Source of the DNA: Erysipelotrichaceae bacterium
GTDB taxonomy: Bacteria; Bacillota_I; Bacilli_A; Erysipelotrichales; Erysipelotrichaceae
NCBI GenBank assembly: GCA_017515475.1
Contig: JAFWFS010000027.1
Span: 829-64,828, forward strand
Direction of reading: 5' to 3'
DNA: 64,000 nt
The position numbers were made by a program, and so were the translations under genes. This document shows positions 39,779-48,956 of the stretch, piece after piece; within the stretch, counting starts at the first letter, position 1; every line of letters begins with the position of its first letter. Below the pieces are notes generated by a model. The model saw only the letters and a program-made list of their open reading frames with translations, ran no database searches and was not told where the DNA came from.

Positions 39779-40849
39779 ATGAAAACTGCCATTGTTTGTA
39801 ACACGCCTTTACAGGTTATGAATGCGCTAAATATCGTAATCAATGATGTAGAATGCTGTAAAAACGACTGCGATCTATATCTGATTATGAATTTTCGTGA
39901 TTCGGACAGAATAGCTGATCGTGTGGAAACAACCGAACTATTTAGACACGTTTTCCGTTTCAGATCTACAGGTGAAAAGATCACTTCGTTTATAGATCTG
40001 TTAAGTTCTCGAAAGATTCTATCTACGTATGAGTTTTCTGACAGATCATTCATGGATATGCGCTATGACAATCTGTTTGTTTCTGACCGCAACCTGCTTG
40101 GTGTTGCATTAAACTATATTAGCAGATGTAGAAATGTTTATGTCTTTGATGACGGTATCGCCACCTATAGCGGGAACAGCATCTCTGATCCTTCAAATTA
40201 CCGATATCCTTTCCTGAATCGTCTATTTAGAAGCGATGTTCTTTCCTATAAGATCCGAAAGCTTTTTGTCAACAACAAAGAATTCTGCCGGTCACAGATT
40301 TCTGATCACATTGAACAGCTTCCTTTACTTGGCAAAAAGAATCCCGTTTTTGAAGTACTGATGAGAGTTTTTGATTTCAATGTTTCAAGTGAAATAGCGA
40401 CAAAAAAAGTAATAGTTCTAGAACAGCCTTTAGATAAAAAAGAGAACTACAACCAAAAGAAATTCAAAGAAATACTTGATGAAGCATCCGTGGATACATC
40501 TGATACGCTGGTTAGACTTCATCCTGTACAGAAAGACATAGAATATGGCGATTATCGGATTGATCACATCAATAATCTATGGGAATTAGAATGTATCAAG
40601 AGCATAAGCAACGAACACACACTAATCAGTTTTTATTCTTCCGCACAGTTTTCTCCAAAACTGATTGCTGGGAAAGAACCCTACGTTGTTTTCTTGTATA
40701 AGCTCTTTCTAAGCCGTTACGACAGCAGAGAATGTCAGATGTTTGAGAAGATGGTTAATGAATTCAAAGAAAGCTATGAAGATGACGGCAAGATATTTGT
40801 TCCAGAGAACATTGATGAATTGAAAGAAATAATTAAAAAAAGAGGATGA
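39779..40849 (+). CDS. Bacterial sialyltransferase-like glycosyltransferase (GT52-like; carries DDG and HP motifs)
   Basis: 356 aa. The N-terminus MKTAIVCNTPLQVMNALNIV resembles the GT52 start. F-D-D-G lies at 40145-40156. VIVLEQPL precedes R-L-H-P at 40514-40525, with a later FYSSAQFS segment. The order and spacing parallel the Neisseria Lst blocks as I recall them (FDDGTGN, ILLGSP, APHPRQ, FFSGAA). This is recognition by eye only. Confidence 0.6.
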   Translation: MKTAIVCNTPLQVMNALNIVINDVECCKNDCDLYLIMNFRDSDRIADRVETTELFRHVFRFRSTGEKITSFIDLLSSRKILSTYEFSDRSFMDMRYDNLFVSDRNLLGVALNYISRCRNVYVFDDGIATYSGNSISDPSNYRYPFLNRLFRSDVLSYKIRKLFVNNKEFCRSQISDHIEQLPLLGKKNPVFEVLMRVFDFNVSSEIATKKVIVLEQPLDKKENYNQKKFKEILDEASVDTSDTLVRLHPVQKDIEYGDYRIDHINNLWELECIKSISNEHTLISFYSSAQFSPKLIAGKEPYVVFLYKLFLSRYDSRECQMFEKMVNEFKESYEDDGKIFVPENIDELKEIIKKRG

Positions 40850-41775
40850 AGAAGGACGTTATCACGATCGTTGTGCCTGTCTATAATACGGAAGAATACC
40901 TAGAGGAATGTCTGGATTCTTTAATTCGTCAATCATACAGTGATATTCATATAATATGCGTAAATGACGGAAGTACAGACGGTTCTCAAGAGATTATTGA
41001 AAGATATAAAAATGAGGATTTAAGGGTATCTTCATACCTGATCCCCAATAGCGGAGCGGCAAGTGCAAGAAATTATGGAATCGATAGATTTATGGAAGAC
41101 AGGGAATCCGATTTGATAACATTCGTCGACAGTGACGATACGGTTGAAGTCGATTTCATTGAAAAGCTATATGAAACCATGTTGGAGTGTAATGCGGAAG
41201 TTTCAACGTGTGACCTTTATCGCTTTAAAGGTGACAGGGGGACCAGAAAGAAAAAACTTTACACATCCAAAGAGGCTACATATGAGTATTTTAAAGATCG
41301 GGTTTTTTATGAGTCTCCCTGCTGTAAGCTTTTAAAGAAAGAAACAGTGAATAGGGTTCGTTTTAGAAATGGAAAGCATTATGAAGATACTTTTATCTGT
41401 TATCAGTGGCTAAGCAATGTGAACAGCGTGGCTCATATTGATTACGCTTCATACAACGTGAGAGTCAGAAGCGGTTCTTCTACCAGAGCACAATATGGAA
41501 ATCATAATTATGACAAGGTTGAAGCGGGTCTTGAAATCTACGAGCATTACAAAGGGACGGAATTTGAAAATCTAGCATATAACAAGTATTTAGGCATTCT
41601 GTTTTATTTCATTATCAAGACAAACGGAATTAAAAAGACTGTCAACAAGAATAAAACCGCAATTGATGAGGCAAAAAACCTGATAAAGAAAAACGGGTTT
41701 AGAAATGCCGGGTTGCGTTTCTATCCGTTTATCCTTGCAACAAAATTGAATTTAATATCTATTCCTAGAATATAA
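40846..41775 (+). CDS. GT2 family glycosyltransferase
   Basis: 309 aa. Motifs include ITIVVPVYNTEEYL, ICVNDGSTDGS, SGAASARNYG and FVDSDD. Confidence 0.85.
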   Translation: MKKDVITIVVPVYNTEEYLEECLDSLIRQSYSDIHIICVNDGSTDGSQEIIERYKNEDLRVSSYLIPNSGAASARNYGIDRFMEDRESDLITFVDSDDTVEVDFIEKLYETMLECNAEVSTCDLYRFKGDRGTRKKKLYTSKEATYEYFKDRVFYESPCCKLLKKETVNRVRFRNGKHYEDTFICYQWLSNVNSVAHIDYASYNVRVRSGSSTRAQYGNHNYDKVEAGLEIYEHYKGTEFENLAYNKYLGILFYFIIKTNGIKKTVNKNKTAIDEAKNLIKKNGFRNAGLRFYPFILATKLNLISIPRI

Positions 41776-42936
41776 TTAAACAATACTTCTTTGAGCGATG
41801 CTTCTATAAGAGAAGAGATCCCTGTCGGATGACTCTGCTCTTTTTTTCATTTTGTTTAACGTGTTTCTATCTGATATCTTTTCGATTGTTTCATTAAGCT
41901 CTTTAACCGACCCATTCTCTAAAAAGATGCAGTTACCGTTGATATCTACATGATCCGTTCCTGGCCATCTTCTGATAATTAACGGAACTCCCAGACCGAC
42001 ACATTGCTCCCAGATCACGGAATGTCTTCCTGGAAATACAGCAATGTCGCAGGCCTTCAAAACCGCATAGCTTTCGTCCTGTTTCAACCATCCAAGATAA
42101 GTGATATTATCAGCCACCAGTTGATTAAACCTGTCCCTGATTTCGTCGCCGATTGAGCCAAAGATAAAGAGTCTGACATTTTTCCTGTTCTTCACTGCTT
42201 CCATTAGATTCAGTGTCTCCGTTTTGTAATGATCGATCTTACCACCGGTAACGATATTCAGTTGTTTATCGGACAGGTGATGTTCATTTCTAAATTTTTC
42301 GGCATCTTTTTGCGCCGGTTCAATTAGTTCATCGTCTACGCCCATTACCAGCAGTTTTACTTTTTCATCCGGAAGATGGTAATACTTTTTTAAAAAACCG
42401 CAACGAATAGGTAGAACGCCATAAAAACAACTTACATAGTGGTTCAGTCTGTTCATGCAGAAGTTCCATACTGTATAGTGAAGAAGTTTAGGAAAAAAGG
42501 ATTTAGCGCTGTTGGTTTCATCCGCGTGATTGTCGCAGACGGCCTTGCATTCAGGGTGTTTTTTCAGATAACGGCATACTTTCAGTGAATCAAGAAACTG
42601 CCCGTTATGAATGAAAATATAGTCCGGCTTTTCTCTTTTCAGAGTTTTATACAGACCTTTGAAAGATCTTAATGTCCGAATTGCCCAGGTATTGAAAAGA
42701 TATTCTAGCCTGATGACTTTGATTCCCAGATCATTGACATATTCACATGAATCAGTCAGGTGATAGCCGTCGTCGTTTTTGTTGTTGATCATCCTGGAAG
42801 TAATGACAGTGACATCGTTTCCATTGAGCTTCTGCCACTTGCTGATTAAATTTTCCTGGTAGCCCCAGCCTTCGTTATAGGTGTTTCCTAAGATCACATT
42901 TACGATTTTCATATCGGTTATATTATACCATTCCAA
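41776..42936 (-). CDS. GT-B fold glycosyltransferase (GT4/GT1-like)
   Basis: 386 aa on the minus strand. The N-terminal domain carries KIVNVILGNTYNEGWGYQEN, and the C-terminal domain carries FPGRHSVIWEQCVGLGVPLI. The start could instead be the ATG at 42912 (MKIVNV...). Confidence 0.7.
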   Translation of the reverse strand: MEWYNITDMKIVNVILGNTYNEGWGYQENLISKWQKLNGNDVTVITSRMINNKNDDGYHLTDSCEYVNDLGIKVIRLEYLFNTWAIRTLRSFKGLYKTLKREKPDYIFIHNGQFLDSLKVCRYLKKHPECKAVCDNHADETNSAKSFFPKLLHYTVWNFCMNRLNHYVSCFYGVLPIRCGFLKKYYHLPDEKVKLLVMGVDDELIEPAQKDAEKFRNEHHLSDKQLNIVTGGKIDHYKTETLNLMEAVKNRKNVRLFIFGSIGDEIRDRFNQLVADNITYLGWLKQDESYAVLKACDIAVFPGRHSVIWEQCVGLGVPLIIRRWPGTDHVDINGNCIFLENGSVKELNETIEKISDRNTLNKMKKRAESSDRDLFSYRSIAQRSIV

Positions 42937-42974
42937 GGTTATTAAAATAGCTTCTATGATAAAATGATTAACGT

Positions 42975-43976
42975 ATGGACAAAATCGAAATCAGGAGCAA
43001 CTGCTTTACGCTGATTAGATATATTATGGCTTTGACCGTCATCGTCTGGCATTCTCACAGGGATATCGGGATTAGTGACTTTGTCGTTTTCCGTTATTTT
43101 GCCTGTGTACCTGTCTTTTTCTTTATCAGTGGTTTTTTAACGTCTGCTTCTTTGGATAAGAATCGCTATTCTATAAAAGACTATTTGTATAAACGTTTTC
43201 TACGTATCTATCCGGAACTTTGGATTTCCGTTTTTCTATGCGCAACGGTTATTATCATCCAGTTTCCATACCTTTTGATGAAATTCCAATACTATCTCTG
43301 GCTCTTCGGGCAATCTACGATATTCCAGTTCTGGACCCCTGATCTGCTAAGATTCTATGGCAACGGCACACCAAACGGATCGCTGTGGACCATCCCGGTA
43401 AACATTCAGTTTTATGTCTTGATCTATTATCTTTACCCAAGAATTAAGAAATTGAATCTGCAACAGGATTTGACGATGCTTGCATTAGGAGTTTTGCTTA
43501 ATGGTGTACTGTCGCTTTGCGAAGTATATCTCCCGGAGATCGTTTACAAACTGGTCTGGGAGACGATTCTTCCGTATGCCTACATGTTTTATCTAGGAAT
43601 CATCTTCTATAAGTATTTCGATCAGATCGTTTCTTTCTTGACAAAGCACTTTTACGTAGTGGCTGCCATTTTCGTGCTTGAGTGCTTCAACGGTTCATTC
43701 TTTAATTTCATTCCTCATACCAGCAACACTGCGGCACCGATCCATGTGCTAGTCAACTGTGTCTTCTGGTTTTCCTTTGCCTATAAGTTTAGACAGCTAA
43801 ACATCAAAAAAGACTATTCCTACGGAATCTATGTACTGAATATGATCTTTCTGAATCTATTTGTCCATAACGGCATTCTGATCAACCATTACGCAACTTT
43901 TGTTCTGATTCTGATTATGACGGTTCTGGCAGCGGTTTTATCAGACCGCATTGCCAGAAAGCTATTTCATTATTAA
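42975..43976 (+). CDS. Acyltransferase-3 family membrane O-acyltransferase
   Basis: 333 aa with about 10 TM segments. The N-terminal FTLIRYIMALTVIVWHS histidine motif and the later GSLWTIPVNIQFY are typical of OafA/WecH-type O-acetyltransferases. Confidence 0.75.
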   Translation: MDKIEIRSNCFTLIRYIMALTVIVWHSHRDIGISDFVVFRYFACVPVFFFISGFLTSASLDKNRYSIKDYLYKRFLRIYPELWISVFLCATVIIIQFPYLLMKFQYYLWLFGQSTIFQFWTPDLLRFYGNGTPNGSLWTIPVNIQFYVLIYYLYPRIKKLNLQQDLTMLALGVLLNGVLSLCEVYLPEIVYKLVWETILPYAYMFYLGIIFYKYFDQIVSFLTKHFYVVAAIFVLECFNGSFFNFIPHTSNTAAPIHVLVNCVFWFSFAYKFRQLNIKKDYSYGIYVLNMIFLNLFVHNGILINHYATFVLILIMTVLAAVLSDRIARKLFHY

Positions 43977-44690
43977 CTGAACGATCGTGCGCAGCGACCT
44001 ATAAACCGTATGCAGAAGCGGGAAAGAGATCCCGTTTTTCTTTAGGACTACATAACATTCCTTAAAGTTTTTTAGATATCCTTTTAGGCCATTTGAGGCT
44101 CCGCCATAACGCATTTTTACGAAATACTGTCTGACATACCGATAGTTGATATCGTTGATATTACATCTGACCATAAAGTCGTAGTCGGCACATATCCGGT
44201 AGGAGATATTGTAGTTTCCAAGCTTTTCGAAAACCTTTCTGCGGACGTACATGCTTGGATGCGCCGGACACCATGCATCGGAGTTCTTCTGTCCGGAAAT
44301 ATAATTTCTAACCGTTTTCTCCAGTTTTTCATCACAATAAAGAACATCGGCATAAACGATATCGGTATTATCATCAAAATGGTCAACAACCGTTTGAAAA
44401 ACGTTTTCGTCATAAAGAACGTCATCGGAATTAATGTTTGCGATCACATCCCCCGTAGCTAAGGCAATGCCCTTGTTCATGGCATCATACAGGCCTTTGT
44501 CCTTTTCAGAAACCAGTCTAACCCTTGGATCATTCAGGTATTTTCCAACGATTTCAAGCGTACGGTCTTTCGAGGCACCGTCGATGATCAGATATTCGTA
44601 ATCCTTATAGGTCTGTGCAAGAACGGAGTGGATCGTATCTTCAATTGTCTTTTCCGAATTGTAGCAAACGGTAATAATACTGATTTTCAT
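43962..44690 (-). CDS. GT2 family glycosyltransferase
   Basis: 242 aa on the minus strand. Motifs include ISIITVCYNSEKTI, LIIDGASKDRT and NINSDD. Its 3' end overlaps the convergent acyltransferase gene by 15 nt. Confidence 0.85.
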   Translation of the reverse strand: MKISIITVCYNSEKTIEDTIHSVLAQTYKDYEYLIIDGASKDRTLEIVGKYLNDPRVRLVSEKDKGLYDAMNKGIALATGDVIANINSDDVLYDENVFQTVVDHFDDNTDIVYADVLYCDEKLEKTVRNYISGQKNSDAWCPAHPSMYVRRKVFEKLGNYNISYRICADYDFMVRCNINDINYRYVRQYFVKMRYGGASNGLKGYLKNFKECYVVLKKNGISFPLLHTVYRSLRTIVQLIMK

Positions 44691-44768
44691 ACAACTAATC
44701 TTAACATGATTTATATCTTATTGACAGGAAAACGGCAATCCTACGAGATACATGTTATAATTGTTTAG

Positions 44769-45437
44769 ATGAAAACACTGGTGATTATTCCGGCTTTCAA
44801 CGAAGAAGAAAACATTGAGAAAGTCGTAGAAAACATAAAAGAATTCGGATACGACTATATCGTAATCAACGATCACAGTACGGATTCCACGGAAAAGATA
44901 CTGGATGAGAAGGGATACTCCCATCTCGATCTATGTGTAAATGTCGGACTGGCCGGAGTTACGCGTGTCGGTTTTAAGTATGCGCACGATAATGGCTATG
45001 ACTGTGTCATCAATATTGATGGAGACGGTCAGCATCCGGCAGATCAAATCGATTCTTTAGTGAAAGAGATTGAAAACGGTTTTGATTATGTTGTGGGAAG
45101 CCGTTTTGTTTCCGAGAAGAAGCCGTTTACCGCCAGAATGTTTGGCAGCAGGCTGCTTTGCCTGCTGATCAAGATTAAGACCGGAAAGACCGTTTTCGAT
45201 CCAACAAGCGGAATGCGCGCCTTGGGAGAAAAAGTCATCGCCGATTTTTCTTCCAGTATGAACTACTGGGCAGAACCGGATGCGTTATGTCATATCCTGA
45301 AAAGTGGATACAAAGTAAAAGAGATTCAGGTAAAAATGATGGACAGGCAGGGAGGACAAAGCTATTTTGTTAATCCTTTCAAATCCATTAAATATATGAT
45401 CGCAGAAATACTGAGCATTCTGTTTGTACAGTGGTAG
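44769..45437 (+). CDS. GT2 glycosyltransferase, DPM1-like (first gene of a GT2-DUF2304-DUF2142 triad)
   Basis: 222 aa. Motifs include LVIIPAFNEEENI, VINDHSTDST and NIDGDGQHP. Confidence 0.8.
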   Translation: MKTLVIIPAFNEEENIEKVVENIKEFGYDYIVINDHSTDSTEKILDEKGYSHLDLCVNVGLAGVTRVGFKYAHDNGYDCVINIDGDGQHPADQIDSLVKEIENGFDYVVGSRFVSEKKPFTARMFGSRLLCLLIKIKTGKTVFDPTSGMRALGEKVIADFSSSMNYWAEPDALCHILKSGYKVKEIQVKMMDRQGGQSYFVNPFKSIKYMIAEILSILFVQW

Positions 45438-45448
45438 GAGTCTTCGCT

Positions 45449-45805
45449 ATGAATAATCTGCAGTTGTCATTACTCGCTGTTTCCGTATTGGTTCTAATAT
45501 TTGTGTTAAGGAACATCATTAAGAACCGGATGAATATCGGTTATGCCATGGTATGGATCATGTGGGCTATTGGAATGGTCATTATTTCCCTTTTCCCGCA
45601 GATCGTTGCTAAGGTAGCCAGACTTCTGGGAATTCAGACGCAGTCCAATGCCGTTTTCCTGATAACGATCTTTCTTCTGTATTGCCTGACTTTCTATCTT
45701 TATCTCAGGATCAGCAGGCATAACGAAGATATCGTCAACCTGAATTACGAGATAGCGTCTTTACGCAAAAAACTGGAAGAACTGGAGAACGCCGGCAGGA
45801 AATGA
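45449..45805 (+). CDS. Small 4-TM membrane protein, DUF2304-like
   Basis: About 118 aa from the ATG at 45449, which has an aggag 8 nt upstream. It has hydrophobic helices followed by an amphipathic, coiled C-terminal tail (NLNYEIASLRKKLEELE). Its position between a GT2 and a DUF2142-like protein matches a triad I recall as recurrent. Confidence 0.6.
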   Translation: MNNLQLSLLAVSVLVLIFVLRNIIKNRMNIGYAMVWIMWAIGMVIISLFPQIVAKVARLLGIQTQSNAVFLITIFLLYCLTFYLYLRISRHNEDIVNLNYEIASLRKKLEELENAGRK

Positions 45806-47841
45806 AGACGGTTATGGAAAGAATAAGCAGTAATTACAAAAAGAACAGAATCGTTCTGCTTGTTTTTTCTTTTTTGTGGATTGCTGCCGTTACAGTTACG
45901 CTTTTAGGTTACAGGAATACGATGGGAAAGAAATCTTACGGCAATTCTGACAGAGAGTTTACACTGGAAATCAATAAAGATACCGTCATTTCTCAAACCT
46001 TGAAAGTTGAAGAGGGAACAGATGCGGTTTCTGTGCTGATGGTGACCTATGCGAGAAGAAACAAAGGAACCCTGAATATCCGAGTGACAGATGACTCAGG
46101 AAAGAAAGTATACGCAGACAAATCCGTTCCGGTTTCCCATATTCAGGATAATGCTTTTTTGACGGTCAGTTTAAATGAAACGTTGCATAACCAGAAGATC
46201 GTTGTACGGCTTTCTTCCGATTGTAAGGGGGGAGAAGGAATCAATGGAGAAGCTCCTGGCGTTTACTGTTCAACATATAATGATTTTCAAGGTGAACCGT
46301 TTACAGTAAATGGAATTGAAAATGAAGGAAGTCTTTGCATCCGTTATCTGGTTCCGGATGAACATATGGAACAGTTCTATCGGATTTCTGTTGCTAGTTC
46401 CATAATTCTTCTAACAATAATGATGATTGTTCTTCTTTTACTGGAGCCGAAATATGAAGTCTTTTTTGCCGGCCTGGCTCTAGCTTTAGGCGTTGTTTTC
46501 ATGTTTATTATTACACCTATGTCAGTACCGGATGAAAAGACGCATTATGAAAGATCTTTGCAGCTTTCCAACAGGATCATTTTTAGAAAAGGAAATACAG
46601 TAGAAACGACTTATTTGGACTATGCTGGTTTTTATGGACATCATAACAATTCCGGGTCTTATGAAAAACTGTTGAATGAATTCAGTTTTCCTGCAAAGAA
46701 TCAGGACGAAATAAAAGATCTGAACAGAATACCGAAATACTGTTATTTAGGATACTATGTCCCACAGGCGATTGGAATTGCTACTGGCAGGCTGTTTGGT
46801 CTGAATATGCTTAAGACATTCTATTTGGGACGTTTTACAAATCTGCTATTCTATGTTCTATGCATCTTTGTAGCTGTAAGAAAAACTCCGGTACATAAAA
46901 CTCTTTTCGGTATCCTCGCTTCAATGCCAATTTTTATTCAGCAGGCTTCATCTTATTCCTATGACGGTTTTATCTTTGGCCTGACTTTTGTTGTTGCTGC
47001 TTATTTTCTAAAATGGTTTTTTGTAGATGAAGATATCACTGTTTTTGAATTTGCCGTTGCTTTTGTAGCAAATCAGCTTCTTGCTCCGGCAAAATCCGTT
47101 TATTGTGTATTTTCTTTTCTTTACTGGTTTATTCCGGAAAAAAGATTCGGAACCCGTTTAAAGAAACTCGTGATCTGCACTTTGATTTGTTTTTATCCGC
47201 TTAAGATTTTATACGAAGAAATATGGAAATACAGGATAAAGGTTCATATCCAAAGAATTTTCGGATTGGCGTTTTCTAATCCGTCAGATCTTCTGCTGCT
47301 GCCTGCGGCATCAGGGAAAACCGGTCTTGTTTCGGATTGGGTCGCACCTTTAAATGAGCCTTATACCTTTACATATGTTCTCCAGCATCCAATGGAAACG
47401 ATACACCTGTTCCTTTATACGATCCGTTACAGCATTAAACTGTGGTTCTATGGATCAATAGGAAGAACAATGTCGGGTTTGAGCTTGATTCTGCCGTTAA
47501 GACTGGTGCAGAGTTTTCCGTTGCTGCTTTTGATCTGTTCACTGAGAAAAGAAGAGCATGTTGAACCTATTTGGCTAAAAGCGTTATTTGCTGTTTTATG
47601 TATTGTCAGCGCCATGATGACGCTTTTTGGCATGCTACTGGGATGGACCAGTACACAAAGTGATATGATCGAAGGAATACAGGGAAGATACTTTTCCCCA
47701 TTGCTTCCTTACTTTTTCCCAATATTTAACAATGGCAGAATAACGATTTCCGAAAAAGCCGACCGTTATTTGATTTTTACACATATCATTCTGATGTTTA
47801 TTACAATCGTCTATATTCTGTCCTATACGTTTGTTAATTGA
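45802..47841 (+). CDS. Large polytopic membrane protein, DUF2142-like (predicted GT-C-type transferase)
   Basis: 679 aa. TM1 is followed by a soluble, probably beta-rich insert of about 170 aa and then at least 10 TM segments. The motif MSVPDEKTHYERS follows the second TM, matching the PDE..H signature I associate with DUF2142. It overlaps the upstream gene by 4 nt. Confidence 0.55.
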   Translation: MKTVMERISSNYKKNRIVLLVFSFLWIAAVTVTLLGYRNTMGKKSYGNSDREFTLEINKDTVISQTLKVEEGTDAVSVLMVTYARRNKGTLNIRVTDDSGKKVYADKSVPVSHIQDNAFLTVSLNETLHNQKIVVRLSSDCKGGEGINGEAPGVYCSTYNDFQGEPFTVNGIENEGSLCIRYLVPDEHMEQFYRISVASSIILLTIMMIVLLLLEPKYEVFFAGLALALGVVFMFIITPMSVPDEKTHYERSLQLSNRIIFRKGNTVETTYLDYAGFYGHHNNSGSYEKLLNEFSFPAKNQDEIKDLNRIPKYCYLGYYVPQAIGIATGRLFGLNMLKTFYLGRFTNLLFYVLCIFVAVRKTPVHKTLFGILASMPIFIQQASSYSYDGFIFGLTFVVAAYFLKWFFVDEDITVFEFAVAFVANQLLAPAKSVYCVFSFLYWFIPEKRFGTRLKKLVICTLICFYPLKILYEEIWKYRIKVHIQRIFGLAFSNPSDLLLLPAASGKTGLVSDWVAPLNEPYTFTYVLQHPMETIHLFLYTIRYSIKLWFYGSIGRTMSGLSLILPLRLVQSFPLLLLICSLRKEEHVEPIWLKALFAVLCIVSAMMTLFGMLLGWTSTQSDMIEGIQGRYFSPLLPYFFPIFNNGRITISEKADRYLIFTHIILMFITIVYILSYTFVN

Positions 47842-47855
47842 TAAAGGAAGACCGG

Positions 47856-48956
47856 ATGAAAGCTGTAGCTCTGACCTGTTTTGAATCCAACGAGGAACGT
47901 GTCCGTTTTGTCTGTGAAGCCTGTCGTATGAAGGGTTATGAGACAAGTGTGGTCACTTCCGATTTTTCTCATGCCAGAAAGCAAAAAAGAAAAACCGTTC
48001 CAGATGATTATCGGGCAATCGATACCATTCCTTATCAGAAAAATCTATCCATCGCACGCATGTATTCACATCGTAAATTTGCCAAGGATGCGTTTAAATA
48101 TATTCAAGAACTGAAACCCGATCTAATCTGGCTGATGACTCCTGCCAATTCACTAATTAAAGAAGCTGATCGTTATAAGAAAAAAAATCCATCCGTAAAA
48201 ATCGTCATTGATATGATTGACATGTGGCCAGAATCACTGCCTTTCAGTTTCAGCAAGGATTTATTTCCTTTCGCCATATGGAAAAAGATCAGAAAGGATC
48301 ATCTGTCATGTGCCGACTATCTGGTGAGCGAATGCAATCTGTATCAGGATATTCTAAAAAACGAATACAACGGTCCGATGAAGACAATCTACTGGTCCCG
48401 TGACAGCAAGGCCGTAAAAGAAAAGGCAATTCTTCCTAATGACAGGCTTTCCCTATGCTACATCGGTTCCATCAACAATATCATAGACATTGACAGGATC
48501 GCTGAACTAATCGGAAATTGCGATGCGCCGGTTATTCTGCACATAATAGGTGACGGAGAAAACAAAGACAGAATGATCAATACAATGGATAAGATCTGCG
48601 AAGTCGTCTACCATGGCGTGATACACGACGAGAAAGAAAAAAGCGAAATCTTTAGAAATTGCCATGCCGGAATAAATGTTTATAAGGAAGGACTTTATAT
48701 TGGCCTGACTGTCAAGTGTATCGATTATTTTGAGCATGGTCTTCCTGTCATCAGCAACATCAAAGGCGATACCTGGAGGCTGGTAGAGAATTACCATGCT
48801 GGGATAAATGTGGATGATAAGACAGCGATTCATTGTAGTGAGATAATCGATTTTAGAGAAAACAACGGCAATATATATCGGCTTTTTGAAGAAAACTTCA
48901 CTAAAAAGATTTTTATTAAAAACTGTCAGGAAGTTCTGGATGAGGTCATGAAATGA
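47856..48956 (+). CDS. GT-B fold glycosyltransferase (GT4-like; in the RgpA position of the rhamnan block)
   Basis: About 366 aa from the ATG at 47856, which has an aaggaag SD upstream. The C-terminal domain carries LCYIGSINN...LHIIGDGENKD...IDYFEHGLPVISN. Confidence 0.65.
   Translation: MKAVALTCFESNEERVRFVCEACRMKGYETSVVTSDFSHARKQKRKTVPDDYRAIDTIPYQKNLSIARMYSHRKFAKDAFKYIQELKPDLIWLMTPANSLIKEADRYKKKNPSVKIVIDMIDMWPESLPFSFSKDLFPFAIWKKIRKDHLSCADYLVSECNLYQDILKNEYNGPMKTIYWSRDSKAVKEKAILPNDRLSLCYIGSINNIIDIDRIAELIGNCDAPVILHIIGDGENKDRMINTMDKICEVVYHGVIHDEKEKSEIFRNCHAGINVYKEGLYIGLTVKCIDYFEHGLPVISNIKGDTWRLVENYHAGINVDDKTAIHCSEIIDFRENNGNIYRLFEENFTKKIFIKNCQEVLDEVMK

Noticed and set aside
39779-40849. Calling this ORF a genuine Neu5Ac sialyltransferase.
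   Set aside because: The motifs fit the sialyltransferase superfamily. However, no neuABC or other CMP-nonulosonate biosynthesis genes are in the window, while CMP-Kdo genes are. The donor specificity is therefore left open, with Kdo favoured as an inference.
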